This document shows positions 8,673 to 17,885 of a stretch of DNA of 64,000 nt, piece by piece. The notes under the pieces are model-generated. The model had not been told where the DNA came from. It saw only the letters and a program-made list of their open reading frames with translations, and searched no databases. The stretch comes from an uncultured Gammaproteobacteria bacterium. GTDB taxonomy: Bacteria; Patescibacteriota; Patescibacteriia; Patescibacteriales; UBA12465. The stretch is taken from positions 1,532 to 65,531 of the forward strand of contig CAYHCB010000001.1 in assembly GCA_964355275.1 (NCBI GenBank). The letters are read 5' to 3'. Within the stretch, counting starts at the first letter, position 1. Every line of letters starts with the position of its first letter. Both the position numbers and the translations under genes were made by a program.

Positions 8673-9179
8673 GAGCGTTTATCGTTAATTTTTAAAAATA
8701 ATTAAAATGGTAACTTGTTAGTCTAATATATTTTTGCTTTTTTGTAAAGGTATTATTAATAATGAGTAAAGAATTCTATTGACTAAAATTAATTATTTAT
8801 CGGATTGCCGATTGTGTAATTAGTAAAAAAGTATCGGGAGTGTCTGCTACTTTTTTATCTCAATCTTTGCCATAATATTTAGTGGCAACAAAGGAAAGAT
8901 AATATTTGGCGGCCCAGACGGTTCTATTGTCAGCGTATCGTACCAGTTGTCAGTAAAATATGACTCAGCATTAACTAATAATGGTATAAATATTATAGCT
9001 ATAATTAGTGTAAATAGAGAAAAATTATTTTTTCACACATTTTTATATACAGGACAGGAAGTATAACATTTACTCTAGCAAATAACCATTTACTATTTAC
9101 CATTTATTATAATAGTAAATTTACAAAATATCTTTTTTGTGCTATTTTTTGTTTTATAAATATATAAATAAAAAATTAC

Positions 9180-9620
9180 ATGTTTTATGAAGATTATCTG
9201 AAAAAAATGACCAAATGTCCTTTTTGCGACGCTGAAAATAGATTTTTTATTTCAAAATCTCATGCTTATTTAACTTATGCAAAATCACCTTATCACCCCA
9301 ACCATCTTTTAGTTGTGCCTAAAAGACACGTTATCTCATTTTTTGACTTAAACAAAGAAGAAATGAAAGATGTTGAACAACTAATAAAGGCTGGTTCAAA
9401 AATTTTAAAAAAATTAAAATATACTAACTTTACAATTTTAGTTCGTGAGGGAACCAATACTAATAAAAGCATTAAACATTTACACTACCATTTAATTCCT
9501 AATGATCGTATTGGCGATTTAGATCATCAGGGTAGAAAACGAGTAATTCTGTCACCGGCTGGAATAAAAACTTTATCAGCTAAAATTTTTTCTGTAATAA
9601 AAGAAATAAATAATAAGTAA
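9180..9620 (+). CDS. HIT (histidine triad) family nucleotide hydrolase/transferase
   Basis: 146 aa with the histidine triad HLHYHLIP near the C-terminus and an N-terminal CPFC Zn-like motif. Confidence 0.85.
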   Translation: MFYEDYLKKMTKCPFCDAENRFFISKSHAYLTYAKSPYHPNHLLVVPKRHVISFFDLNKEEMKDVEQLIKAGSKILKKLKYTNFTILVREGTNTNKSIKHLHYHLIPNDRIGDLDHQGRKRVILSPAGIKTLSAKIFSVIKEINNK

Positions 9621-9665
9621 ATTATTTTACTAGTAAGGCTTAAACGCTTTGATATAATAGAATAT

Positions 9666-10019
9666 ATGAGTATTCAATTTAAACCATTTCAAATTGAGAG
9701 ACCTTGGGGTTATTTTCGTCAATTTTCCAAAAATACACCCTCAACAGTAAAAATTATCAGGGTTAAACCAAACGAAATACTCAGTTTACAAAACCATGCT
9801 CAGCGTGAAGAGTTTTGGCATTTTATTTCTGGTACCGGTGTAGCCGAAATTAATGGAGAAAAAATAAATGTCAAAACTAGTGACGAACTAACGGTCCCTC
9901 TTGGTGCAAAACATCGTTTAGCGGCTGGTAATTTAGGATTAGAAGTTCTGGAAATTTCCTATGGTGAATTTAATGAGGATGACATTATTCGTTACGAAGA
10001 TAAATATAAAAGAATATAA
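9666..10019 (+). CDS. cupin-domain protein (type II phosphomannose isomerase C-terminal-like)
   Basis: 117 aa. RPWGYFRQF ... LSLQNHAQREEFWHFISG ... GAKHRL matches the cupin motifs of the mannose-6-phosphate isomerase type II family. Confidence 0.7.
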   Translation: MSIQFKPFQIERPWGYFRQFSKNTPSTVKIIRVKPNEILSLQNHAQREEFWHFISGTGVAEINGEKINVKTSDELTVPLGAKHRLAAGNLGLEVLEISYGEFNEDDIIRYEDKYKRI

Positions 10020-10022
10020 AAT

Positions 10023-11051
10023 ATGTTTAAATTAAAAAGACAGGGTGCTGGACCAGTTTTAAGGCCAGACAACACTTTACCCTGGGAAAGAGCTGGTGTT
10101 TTTAATCCTGGAGTTGCCATGTTTGATAAAGAAATATATTTACTTTATCGAGCTGTTGGCGAAACAAAAGCCTATATTTCTCATCTTGGTTTAGCCAGGA
10201 GCACAGATGGTATAAATTTTGAACGGGTTTCACATAATCCCGTTTTTGGACCCAAAGAAAAATTTGATAAATGGGGAGTAGAAGATCCGCGAATTACAAA
10301 AATTGGTGATGATTTTTATATAACTTATGTGGCTGTTTCTAAAAGAATTATGAAAGACGGAATATCTGTTAAGCGTTTTTTACCCTTAGAAACATCGGCC
10401 GCCCTACTTAAAACTAAAGATTTTATATCTTATACTAACCTAGGGATAATTTCATCGCCAAATTCTGATAATAAAAATACTACTATATTTCCTAGACTTA
10501 TAAATGGTCGATATTATATGTTACATCGACCAAATTATTGGTCTAAGGAATGGTTTAGGGGGCCATATGAAAAATATATTGAAGAAGGCTTGCCTTGTGA
10601 TGTTGAAAAATTGCCAGAAACTCCTGGCATTTGGATAGCATCCTCAAATAATCTAAAAAAATGGACAGATCATCGTTTACTCATAGCTCCAACTGATAAA
10701 TTTGATGCAAAAATTGGACCAGGTTTACCACCAATTGAAACTGAAGCCGGTTGGTTGCTTATTTATCATCATGTTAAAAAAGATGAAACAACTAATTACC
10801 TTACATACTCAACACGAGCGGCTCTTTTAGATATTAACGACCCAACAGTTTTAATCGCTAAATTAAATTACGACATTTTATCTCCAGAGATGCCTTATGA
10901 AATAGAACGAGAAACAAAAATTGTTTTTCCTACTGGTGGTTTTGTAAAAGATGATACTTTATATGTTTATTATGGCGCCTCTGACCGTTACGTTTGTTTG
11001 GCCACCGGCTCACTTAGTGCGCTTTTAAGTGAATTAAAAAAATTCTATTAG
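10023..11051 (+). CDS. GH130-family glycoside phosphorylase/hydrolase (beta-mannoside phosphorylase-like)
   Basis: 342 aa. GVFNPGVA ... LLYRAVG ... LARSTDGINF ... WGVEDPRITKIGDDFYITY ... YYGASD are hallmark GH130 (DUF377) blocks. Confidence 0.85.
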   Translation: MFKLKRQGAGPVLRPDNTLPWERAGVFNPGVAMFDKEIYLLYRAVGETKAYISHLGLARSTDGINFERVSHNPVFGPKEKFDKWGVEDPRITKIGDDFYITYVAVSKRIMKDGISVKRFLPLETSAALLKTKDFISYTNLGIISSPNSDNKNTTIFPRLINGRYYMLHRPNYWSKEWFRGPYEKYIEEGLPCDVEKLPETPGIWIASSNNLKKWTDHRLLIAPTDKFDAKIGPGLPPIETEAGWLLIYHHVKKDETTNYLTYSTRAALLDINDPTVLIAKLNYDILSPEMPYEIERETKIVFPTGGFVKDDTLYVYYGASDRYVCLATGSLSALLSELKKFY

Positions 11052-11076
11052 ATTATTAATTAAGTTCAAAAAATTT

Positions 11077-13302
11077 ATGAGTCAGTCTCATGAAAAAATA
11101 TGGATAGTTTTTTTATCTACCTATCCGCCAAGAGAATGTGGTATTGCTACGTTTACTTCTGATTTGTTAAAAAATTTTGATAAATTATTTGTGCCTCGTG
11201 AAGAGGCTAAAGTAGTAGCGATTGATAATACTAAATTGCAAACTTACAATTATCCAGCAAAAGTAATTTTTAGAATATCTGAAAATCAACCAAACGATTA
11301 TTTAGAGGTAGCCAAAAAACTTAATGCCATGCCTCATGTAAAATTAATTTCCATTCAACATGAATTTGGTATTTTTGGTGCTGATTATGGAAAAAATATT
11401 TTAATATTTTTAAAAGAAATAAAAAAACCAGTAGTTGTTACTTTTCACACAGTTTTACCTAATCCAGTTAAAGAACTTAAAAGTATGGTTGTAAATATTG
11501 CTAAATATGCCGATCGGATTAATGTTATGACTTGCAACTCTAAGGAGATATTGACGCAAGCTTATGGTTTAACTAAAAATAAAATAAAAATTATTCCTCA
11601 CGGAATCCATTCTTTATTATATAATGACGGCTCGGAAGCTAGATTACTACTAAAGCTTAAAGGTAAAAGAGTGATAACTACTTTTGGTTTACTAAATCGA
11701 GGAAAGGGAATTGAGTATGCGATTGCCGCTTTGCCTAAAATTGTCGCGGCTTATCCTAATATTGTATATTTAGTAATAGGGGCTACTCATCCAGTGGTGC
11801 TTAAAGAAAAAGGAGAGCAGTATCGTGATGAACTAACCGAACTAGCTTATAAACTAGGAGTACAAGATAATATTTTATTTTATAATGAATATTTACCAAC
11901 TGATAAGTTGCTAAAATTTTTACAAGCTACAGAAATTTATTTATCTTTATCGCAAAATCCAGACCAAGCTGTTTCTGGTACTTTAACTTATGCTCTGGGG
12001 GCTGGTCGGCCAGTTATTTCTACTCCTTTTGCTCAAGCTAAAGAGATTCTTACTAAAGAATTAGGAGTATTAATAAAATTTAATGATAGTAGTAGCATCA
12101 CCAAAGAAGTAATTGCCTTACTTAGTGACAAAGAGCGTTTAACTAATATGAGCCGAACAGCATATTTTAGGACCAGAGGCATGACTTGGCCAAATGTAGT
12201 TTTGTCCTATATGGAGGAATTTACTGAGTTATCACCCGAATTATCTAAAAAAGAAAAAAATTTACCAAAAATTATATTAAAACATTTACGTAAACTGACT
12301 GACGATTTTGGTATTTATCAATTTGCAATTTTAAATGAACCAGATCCAAGTTGGGGGTACACCTTAGACGATAATGCTAGAGCTTTAGTCGTGGCAGCTC
12401 TTTATTATTCTCCTAATAATAGTCAATTAAATAAGCATTTAGCCGAAGTTTATTTAAATTTTTTAGAATTAGCAACAAAAAATAAAAGTGGTTTTATAAA
12501 TTATTTTACCAGTGAAAGAAAACCTCACTTAGACCGTAATTTAAAAGAAAATTTAGAAGATGCGGAGGCTCGTGCTCTCTGGTCTCTAGCGACGGTAGTA
12601 AATAGTAAATTACCGATAAAGTTAAAAAAACGAGCAATCTTAATACTTAATAAATATTGTGAATCTTTTCAAAATGTAAAATCTCCGAGGGCGGTTGCTT
12701 TTCATATTAAAGCCCTTTACAATTGGCTACTTTTTAATAATAGCGAGCAAACAAAAACATTGTTGATTTCGCATGCCGATTTTTTACTTGATAGATTTAA
12801 TGATAACGCCACAGAAGATTGGCAGTGGTTTGAACAATCTTTAACTTACTCTAATGCTGTATTAGCTGAAGCCATGTTACTAGCTTATAAAGTTACTGGC
12901 AATTATCTCTACTTTAAAGCTGGAAAAACAACCCTTGATTTCTTAATTGATCAATCTTTTTGTGGTGATATTTGCGAGCCAGTAGGACAAAGTGGTTGGT
13001 TTAAGAGGGGGCAAAAAAAGAAAAATTATGATCAGCAACCAGAAGAAGTATCATCGCTAGTATCAGCTCTTAGGGTTATGTATGATTTAAGCGATAACCT
13101 TGGTTATTATAAAAAAATGTTAAAAGTTTTTAGTTGGTTTTTGGGTAATAACTTACTTAATCAAATGGTTTACTCTCAGCTAACCGGAGGTTGTTATGAC
13201 GGCGTAGGCAAAAAAGAAATAAATTTAAATCAAGGAGCTGAGTCAACGATTTCATATCTATTAGCTCGTCTGGCTATCGATAAAAAACGCAAATGGCAAT
13301 AA
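11077..13302 (+). CDS. GT4-family glycosyltransferase with a roughly 330-aa C-terminal extension of unknown function
   Basis: 741 aa. The N-terminal 390 aa are GT-B/GT4-like (ISIQHEFGIFG, TFGLLNRGKGIEY, GTLTYALGAGRPVISTPFAQAKE). I do not recognise the C-terminal half. Confidence 0.8.
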   Translation: MSQSHEKIWIVFLSTYPPRECGIATFTSDLLKNFDKLFVPREEAKVVAIDNTKLQTYNYPAKVIFRISENQPNDYLEVAKKLNAMPHVKLISIQHEFGIFGADYGKNILIFLKEIKKPVVVTFHTVLPNPVKELKSMVVNIAKYADRINVMTCNSKEILTQAYGLTKNKIKIIPHGIHSLLYNDGSEARLLLKLKGKRVITTFGLLNRGKGIEYAIAALPKIVAAYPNIVYLVIGATHPVVLKEKGEQYRDELTELAYKLGVQDNILFYNEYLPTDKLLKFLQATEIYLSLSQNPDQAVSGTLTYALGAGRPVISTPFAQAKEILTKELGVLIKFNDSSSITKEVIALLSDKERLTNMSRTAYFRTRGMTWPNVVLSYMEEFTELSPELSKKEKNLPKIILKHLRKLTDDFGIYQFAILNEPDPSWGYTLDDNARALVVAALYYSPNNSQLNKHLAEVYLNFLELATKNKSGFINYFTSERKPHLDRNLKENLEDAEARALWSLATVVNSKLPIKLKKRAILILNKYCESFQNVKSPRAVAFHIKALYNWLLFNNSEQTKTLLISHADFLLDRFNDNATEDWQWFEQSLTYSNAVLAEAMLLAYKVTGNYLYFKAGKTTLDFLIDQSFCGDICEPVGQSGWFKRGQKKKNYDQQPEEVSSLVSALRVMYDLSDNLGYYKKMLKVFSWFLGNNLLNQMVYSQLTGGCYDGVGKKEINLNQGAESTISYLLARLAIDKKRKWQ

Positions 13303-13426
13303 TTATTCTAGCACACAAGCTATAATCAAAAAGTATCATTTAACCTGATATTTTTTATTTTTAATTTTTAACTTAATTAATAAATAGCACTATTTATGTT
13401 ATGATTAAAAAAATAATATAAAATAT

Positions 13427-14389
13427 ATGCATATAAAAGATAAAGTATTTTTATTTATAGTTATTTTATTAATTATTGCCAGCGGGTGTTATTTATTTTT
13501 TATTAATTTAAATAAGAATTACTTACCAAATAATATCTTGAATACCGTATCACTGGTCACTGATAGCGAAGACGCGATTTTATCTTTAAATTATCTTATA
13601 TCACTAGAAGACAAAACGAAATATTGCAATGGCATAGATATGGATAGTATCGGTTATCAAAAAACAATTATTACTAAAAGAGTAACTAGCACGCCAAATA
13701 TTAATCAAACAATAGTTCAGTCAATTAAAACTATACTAACCGCTGCTACTGAGGGAATGTGTCAAAGAATTTTAAGCCAAGCTGATATAACCGAAAATAA
13801 TGGAACAGTTTATATACCAACAATTGACGCTTGGGCCGGATCATCTATTGTTATGTGTAGTTGTAAGCCTCAAGTAGAGCTTAATTTATTACAAATACCC
13901 GGAATTACCAAAGTTATTTGGTCTACAGTTGTAAGCAATTTTGAGGATTGTGTTACAAATGGTGGTCCTATAATGGAATCTTACCCTAGACAGTGTCGCT
14001 ACGAAAATACAAGCTATGCGGAAAATATTGGTAATGAACTTGAAAAAATTGATTTAATTACCATTAGCAGTCCAAGACCTAATCAAATTATTACTAGCCC
14101 GCTTATTATCAAGGGTCAGGCACGTGGTTCTTGGTTTTTTGAAGCTAGTTTTCCTGTTTTATTGGTTGACTGGGATGGTCTTATAATCGCTGAGGGAATT
14201 GCCCAGGCTAAAGACGACTGGATGACCACTGAATTTGCCCCCTTTGAGGCCACTTTAATATTTGCACCCGATAAAAATGTTTATAGTAATCGAGGCGCGC
14301 TTATATTTCGCAAAGATAATCCCTCAGGTATTTCTAAGTACGATGATGCTCTAGAAATTCCAATTACTATTTCCGGAAACGCTAACTAA
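13427..14389 (+). CDS. membrane-anchored Gmad2 immunoglobulin-like domain protein
   Basis: 320 aa with an N-terminal TM helix. The C-terminal block ITSPLIIKGQARGSWFFEASFPVLLVDWDG ... FAPFEATL is typical of the Gmad2 / GerM-associated Ig-like domain. Confidence 0.65.
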   Translation: MHIKDKVFLFIVILLIIASGCYLFFINLNKNYLPNNILNTVSLVTDSEDAILSLNYLISLEDKTKYCNGIDMDSIGYQKTIITKRVTSTPNINQTIVQSIKTILTAATEGMCQRILSQADITENNGTVYIPTIDAWAGSSIVMCSCKPQVELNLLQIPGITKVIWSTVVSNFEDCVTNGGPIMESYPRQCRYENTSYAENIGNELEKIDLITISSPRPNQIITSPLIIKGQARGSWFFEASFPVLLVDWDGLIIAEGIAQAKDDWMTTEFAPFEATLIFAPDKNVYSNRGALIFRKDNPSGISKYDDALEIPITISGNAN

Positions 14390-14455
14390 AATAGTTATTA
14401 TATTTTAATATTTGGTTATTTTTGAGTAAAAACGATATTATGATATACTGATTTT

Positions 14456-16186
14456 ATGATAAATACTTCAAAAAAATACAAAAATATTTTTTTCTTAACC
14501 ATGTTTATACTTGGCGCTAGCTCATTTAACTATGCTCAAGCAGAAACTATTTTAGAAATAAATAATACCGGCCAGGCAACAACAAGCTCTTCTTTTATGT
14601 CTTCTGGTAAAGCAAGTTGGTATGCTTATAAGGGCGGTATGTTTGCGGCTTCACCAGACTTTACCGCTGGCACAAAATTAAAAGTAACTAGCGTTAGTAA
14701 TCCAGAAAAAAAAATTGTAGTTATTGTTAATGATTACGGACCAAATAGAGCAATTCATCCTGACAGGGTAATTGATTTAGATAAAGTTGCTTTTGCTAAA
14801 TTAGCCCCACTGGGGGCTGGCGTAATTAATGTTACCGTTGAACCGTTTGATGTTAAAATTTCCACCAAGGAAGCTGTTAAGCTAGAACCAGCGGCTGCAG
14901 TAGCTACCACAAGTGAAGAGTTATCAGCAAACGATGAAGATTTAAGTAAAGCTTTCGTTTTAAATAATAGAGCTTCCGTAAATTATAATACTGGCGAGTT
15001 GTTACAAGATACTAAAACAGGAGGTGTTTATTGGGTAACATCTTCCGGTAAGCAACCCTTAACTGATCGAGTATTTTTAAAATCTATTTTTAAGGATAAA
15101 AAAATTAATCAAAAAACAACTAGTTTTTTAGCAACTCTTAAAACATTATCTCCGGTGGTCTTTTTAGATGGTTATTTAATAAAGTCGCCAAATAATTCGG
15201 TAGTTTATTTAATATATAAAAATGAAAGAAGGGCTTTTTTAAGCGGTGATGTTTTTGAAGGATTGGGTTACGCTTGGAATGATATTGTAATCGCGCCTGA
15301 TAAACTAATTAATCAATATAAACAAGGATTACCCTTAAATAGCTCTAATATAAAAAATTTAGAAGTATCTGCCGTAAATAAAGAGGCCACTGTAATAAAA
15401 AAAGAAGTAGCCGAAGAAATCTCGCTTACATCTAAATCGGCCGTTGTTATTAGCGCAACTGACGGTAAAATAATCTATTCAAAAAACGCTTCCGAACAAT
15501 TACCTCTAGCTAGTTTATCTAAATTAGTTGCCATGAAAGTTTTTTTAGATACTAAACCTAATTTAAATAAGGTTGTAACCTATAAAGTTCAAGATGAAAA
15601 TTATAACTATAAATACGCTGATAAAAGTGTTTTAGCCAGACTTACGGTAAGTGATGGTGAAACGATGACTATTAGAGATTTATTATATTCTTCAGTTTTA
15701 GGTTCAGCAAATAATGCCGTTGAAAGTTTAGTTCGAGTAAGCAGTTTATCGCGCCAAGCTTTTATAATTAGAATGAATCAATATGTAAAAAGTATCGGCG
15801 CAACTCAAACTAATTTTGTTGAGCCAACGGGCTTATCTCCAGAAAATGTTAGTTCTGCTTTAGACTATGCTTTAATTGCTCGTTCAGTATTAAAGGACGG
15901 TAATTTAGAAAAAGTTAGTATGACAAAAAATTATAGTTTTTCGACCGTTAATACAAAAAAAGCTCATTATATAAAAAATAGTAATAACTTATTTTTTACC
16001 TCTAATTTAAAAATTACCGGTAGTAAAACTGGTTATCTCGACGAAGCTTTATATTGTTTAATGACTCGAGCTAAAGATAATGCAGGGCACGAGGTGATTG
16101 CGATAACATTTGGCACCCCAGATAGAACTTCAAGCTTTAAGGAAACCGAAAATCTTCTCAATTATGGGTTGAAATATGGAATATAA
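14456..16186 (+). CDS. secreted fusion of an RlpA-like DPBB domain and a D-alanyl-D-alanine carboxypeptidase (peptidase S11)
   Basis: 576 aa with a signal peptide. RlpA block: GKASWYAYKGGMFAAS ... VIVNDYGPN ... RVIDLDKVAF. S11 motifs: SxxK (LASLSKLV), SxN (GSANN) and KTG (GSKTGYL). Confidence 0.8.
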   Translation: MINTSKKYKNIFFLTMFILGASSFNYAQAETILEINNTGQATTSSSFMSSGKASWYAYKGGMFAASPDFTAGTKLKVTSVSNPEKKIVVIVNDYGPNRAIHPDRVIDLDKVAFAKLAPLGAGVINVTVEPFDVKISTKEAVKLEPAAAVATTSEELSANDEDLSKAFVLNNRASVNYNTGELLQDTKTGGVYWVTSSGKQPLTDRVFLKSIFKDKKINQKTTSFLATLKTLSPVVFLDGYLIKSPNNSVVYLIYKNERRAFLSGDVFEGLGYAWNDIVIAPDKLINQYKQGLPLNSSNIKNLEVSAVNKEATVIKKEVAEEISLTSKSAVVISATDGKIIYSKNASEQLPLASLSKLVAMKVFLDTKPNLNKVVTYKVQDENYNYKYADKSVLARLTVSDGETMTIRDLLYSSVLGSANNAVESLVRVSSLSRQAFIIRMNQYVKSIGATQTNFVEPTGLSPENVSSALDYALIARSVLKDGNLEKVSMTKNYSFSTVNTKKAHYIKNSNNLFFTSNLKITGSKTGYLDEALYCLMTRAKDNAGHEVIAITFGTPDRTSSFKETENLLNYGLKYGI

Positions 16187-16283
16187 ATTAATTTTTTAAA
16201 TATTAGTTCCTTGATCAGTCAAGCTAGTTTTTAAATATTTTTATAATTCTGCCCAGGTCATAGCAAAGTTTGCTTATTTTTTT

Positions 16284-17672
16284 ATGGATAAAGTATTTCT
16301 AAAAAAAGGATTTACCTTACTTGAGCTACTTATAGTAATCGCAATAATTGCTATTTTAGCTGTTATTATTTTTTTAGTTATAAGTCCAAGCGAATTATTA
16401 AAAAAATCACGGGATTCTCAAAGAATGTCTGATTTAGCAACCTTAAAGACGGCTTTAAGTTTTTATAAAATTAATACTTTAACCCCTAATATGGCCGGTG
16501 GTAATAATTCTGGCTGTAGGGGGACTGCTAATGATAGTAACTGGCAGACTTCTGATTATATTTATTATAGTTACCCCAGCGATACCTCGGGCGCTTTAAT
16601 TACTGATAAAAATTTAGATGGGGTCACTTTTTTAACTGGTGGTGCTCATCAAGTTACTAATAATAACTTATCCTTCGTTAATGGGTTAGGCTGGTTACCA
16701 GTTAATTTTTTAAACTTAAGCAGTGGTTCACCAATTTCTAATTTACCGATTGATCCAGTAAATAGCATTGTTGATTTAAATAACATAACCAGCACTGATT
16801 TAGTCTATCGCTATACTTGTTTAGAACAAACTCTTAAATATGAAATTAATGCAACTTTAGAGAGTCAGGCTTATACGGTAATGGATAATAAAATGGCCAA
16901 AGACGGCGGTAACAATAACAATTATTATGAAGTCGGCACGGATTTAAATATTTTTGATAGCGAAGATTCGGGTTGCATAGCCGACTGTATTAATAAAAAT
17001 TGTGGTGATGATGGTTGCGGAGGCTTTTGTGGCAATTGTTCTGGTAATCAATTATGTAGTTTAGGAACTTGTCAGGAACCAGCTTTTGTTTGTGGTCAGA
17101 ATTTTACTGACAGCAGAGATTCACAAATATATTCAACAATTAGCATCAATGGTCAATGTTGGTTAGCTGAAAATATGGCTTATTTACCCAGTGTTTCACC
17201 TAGTAATATGGGCGCCACAAATACCCCTTATTACTATGTGTATGGTTATCAAGGGGTAGATACGGCCACCGCTAAATTAAATTCTAATTATGATACTTAT
17301 GGTGTTTTGTATAATTATTTAGCTTCGCTGCTCGCTTGTCCGGCTAGTTGGCACTTACCTAATGATACAGAATGGACCAGCTTAACTAATTATGTTGGCG
17401 GAACAGCGATAGCTGGTAGTAGTCTAAAAGCATCAATTACGAATATCGTTCCTTGGGATGGTTTAAATACTTTTAATTTTACAATTTTACCAAGTGGTCG
17501 TCGTCATACAACTGGATCATTTTTTACTCTAGGTACTAATTCTTATTTTTGGAGTTCCACGTCTGGTGGAGTCGGCACCTGGACTAGGGGGTTCGCCTCT
17601 TCAGTTTCTTCTGTGTCTAGAGCTATTAATCCCAATGATTATGGTTATCCTATCAGATGTATAAAAGATTAA
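16284..17672 (+). CDS. type IV pilin-like protein with a Cys-rich linker and a C-terminal FISUMP domain
   Basis: It has a prepilin leader and methylation motif MDKVFLKKG/FTLLELLIVIAIIAILA. A Cys-rich stretch (CIADCINKNCGDDGCGGFCGNCSG) follows. The C-terminus has FISUMP blocks (GQCWLAENMAY, YGVLYNY, CPASWHLPNDTEWTSL, FWSST). Confidence 0.8.
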   Translation: MDKVFLKKGFTLLELLIVIAIIAILAVIIFLVISPSELLKKSRDSQRMSDLATLKTALSFYKINTLTPNMAGGNNSGCRGTANDSNWQTSDYIYYSYPSDTSGALITDKNLDGVTFLTGGAHQVTNNNLSFVNGLGWLPVNFLNLSSGSPISNLPIDPVNSIVDLNNITSTDLVYRYTCLEQTLKYEINATLESQAYTVMDNKMAKDGGNNNNYYEVGTDLNIFDSEDSGCIADCINKNCGDDGCGGFCGNCSGNQLCSLGTCQEPAFVCGQNFTDSRDSQIYSTISINGQCWLAENMAYLPSVSPSNMGATNTPYYYVYGYQGVDTATAKLNSNYDTYGVLYNYLASLLACPASWHLPNDTEWTSLTNYVGGTAIAGSSLKASITNIVPWDGLNTFNFTILPSGRRHTTGSFFTLGTNSYFWSSTSGGVGTWTRGFASSVSSVSRAINPNDYGYPIRCIKD

Positions 17673-17685
17673 TAATATAAATAAT

Positions 17686-17814
17686 ATGACAATTTGGGAA
17701 AATATTTATCAAAATTATAAAAATGGTGGCGAAGAATATGCCACTCTAAAAAAAGGCTGAATTCCAGAATTTTTAGCTGAGAGAGGTAGATGGATAGTAA
17801 GTGGAGAAAAATAA
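17686..17814 (+). pseudogene. possible relic of the 5' end of a SAM-dependent methyltransferase-like gene (24 codons, in-frame TGA, 17 more codons)
   Basis: The translation is MTIWENIYQNYKNGGEEYATLKKG*IPEFLAERGRWIVSGEK*. The W..IY...GG..YATL...IPEF pattern resembles N-termini of small class I methyltransferases as I remember them. It is far too short to be functional. The call is weak. Confidence 0.2.
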
Positions 17815-17842
17815 TTTAAATAAATTTTATTTTATAAAAAAA

Positions 17843-17867
17843 ATCCTGAGTTTATCCCAGGATTTTT
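17843..17867. terminator. bidirectional terminator between convergent genes
   Basis: Stem atcctg (17843-17848) / caggat (17858-17863), flanked by an A8 run upstream and a T5 run downstream. Confidence 0.6.
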
Positions 17868-17885
17868 AGTTGGTCATTTTTTAAA

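Noticed and set aside
16262-16283. Short palindrome agcaaa-g-tttgct plus T-run immediately before the pilin start codon
   Set aside because: The usable stem is only about 4 bp once a sterically possible loop is allowed. That is too weak to call a terminator or regulatory hairpin.
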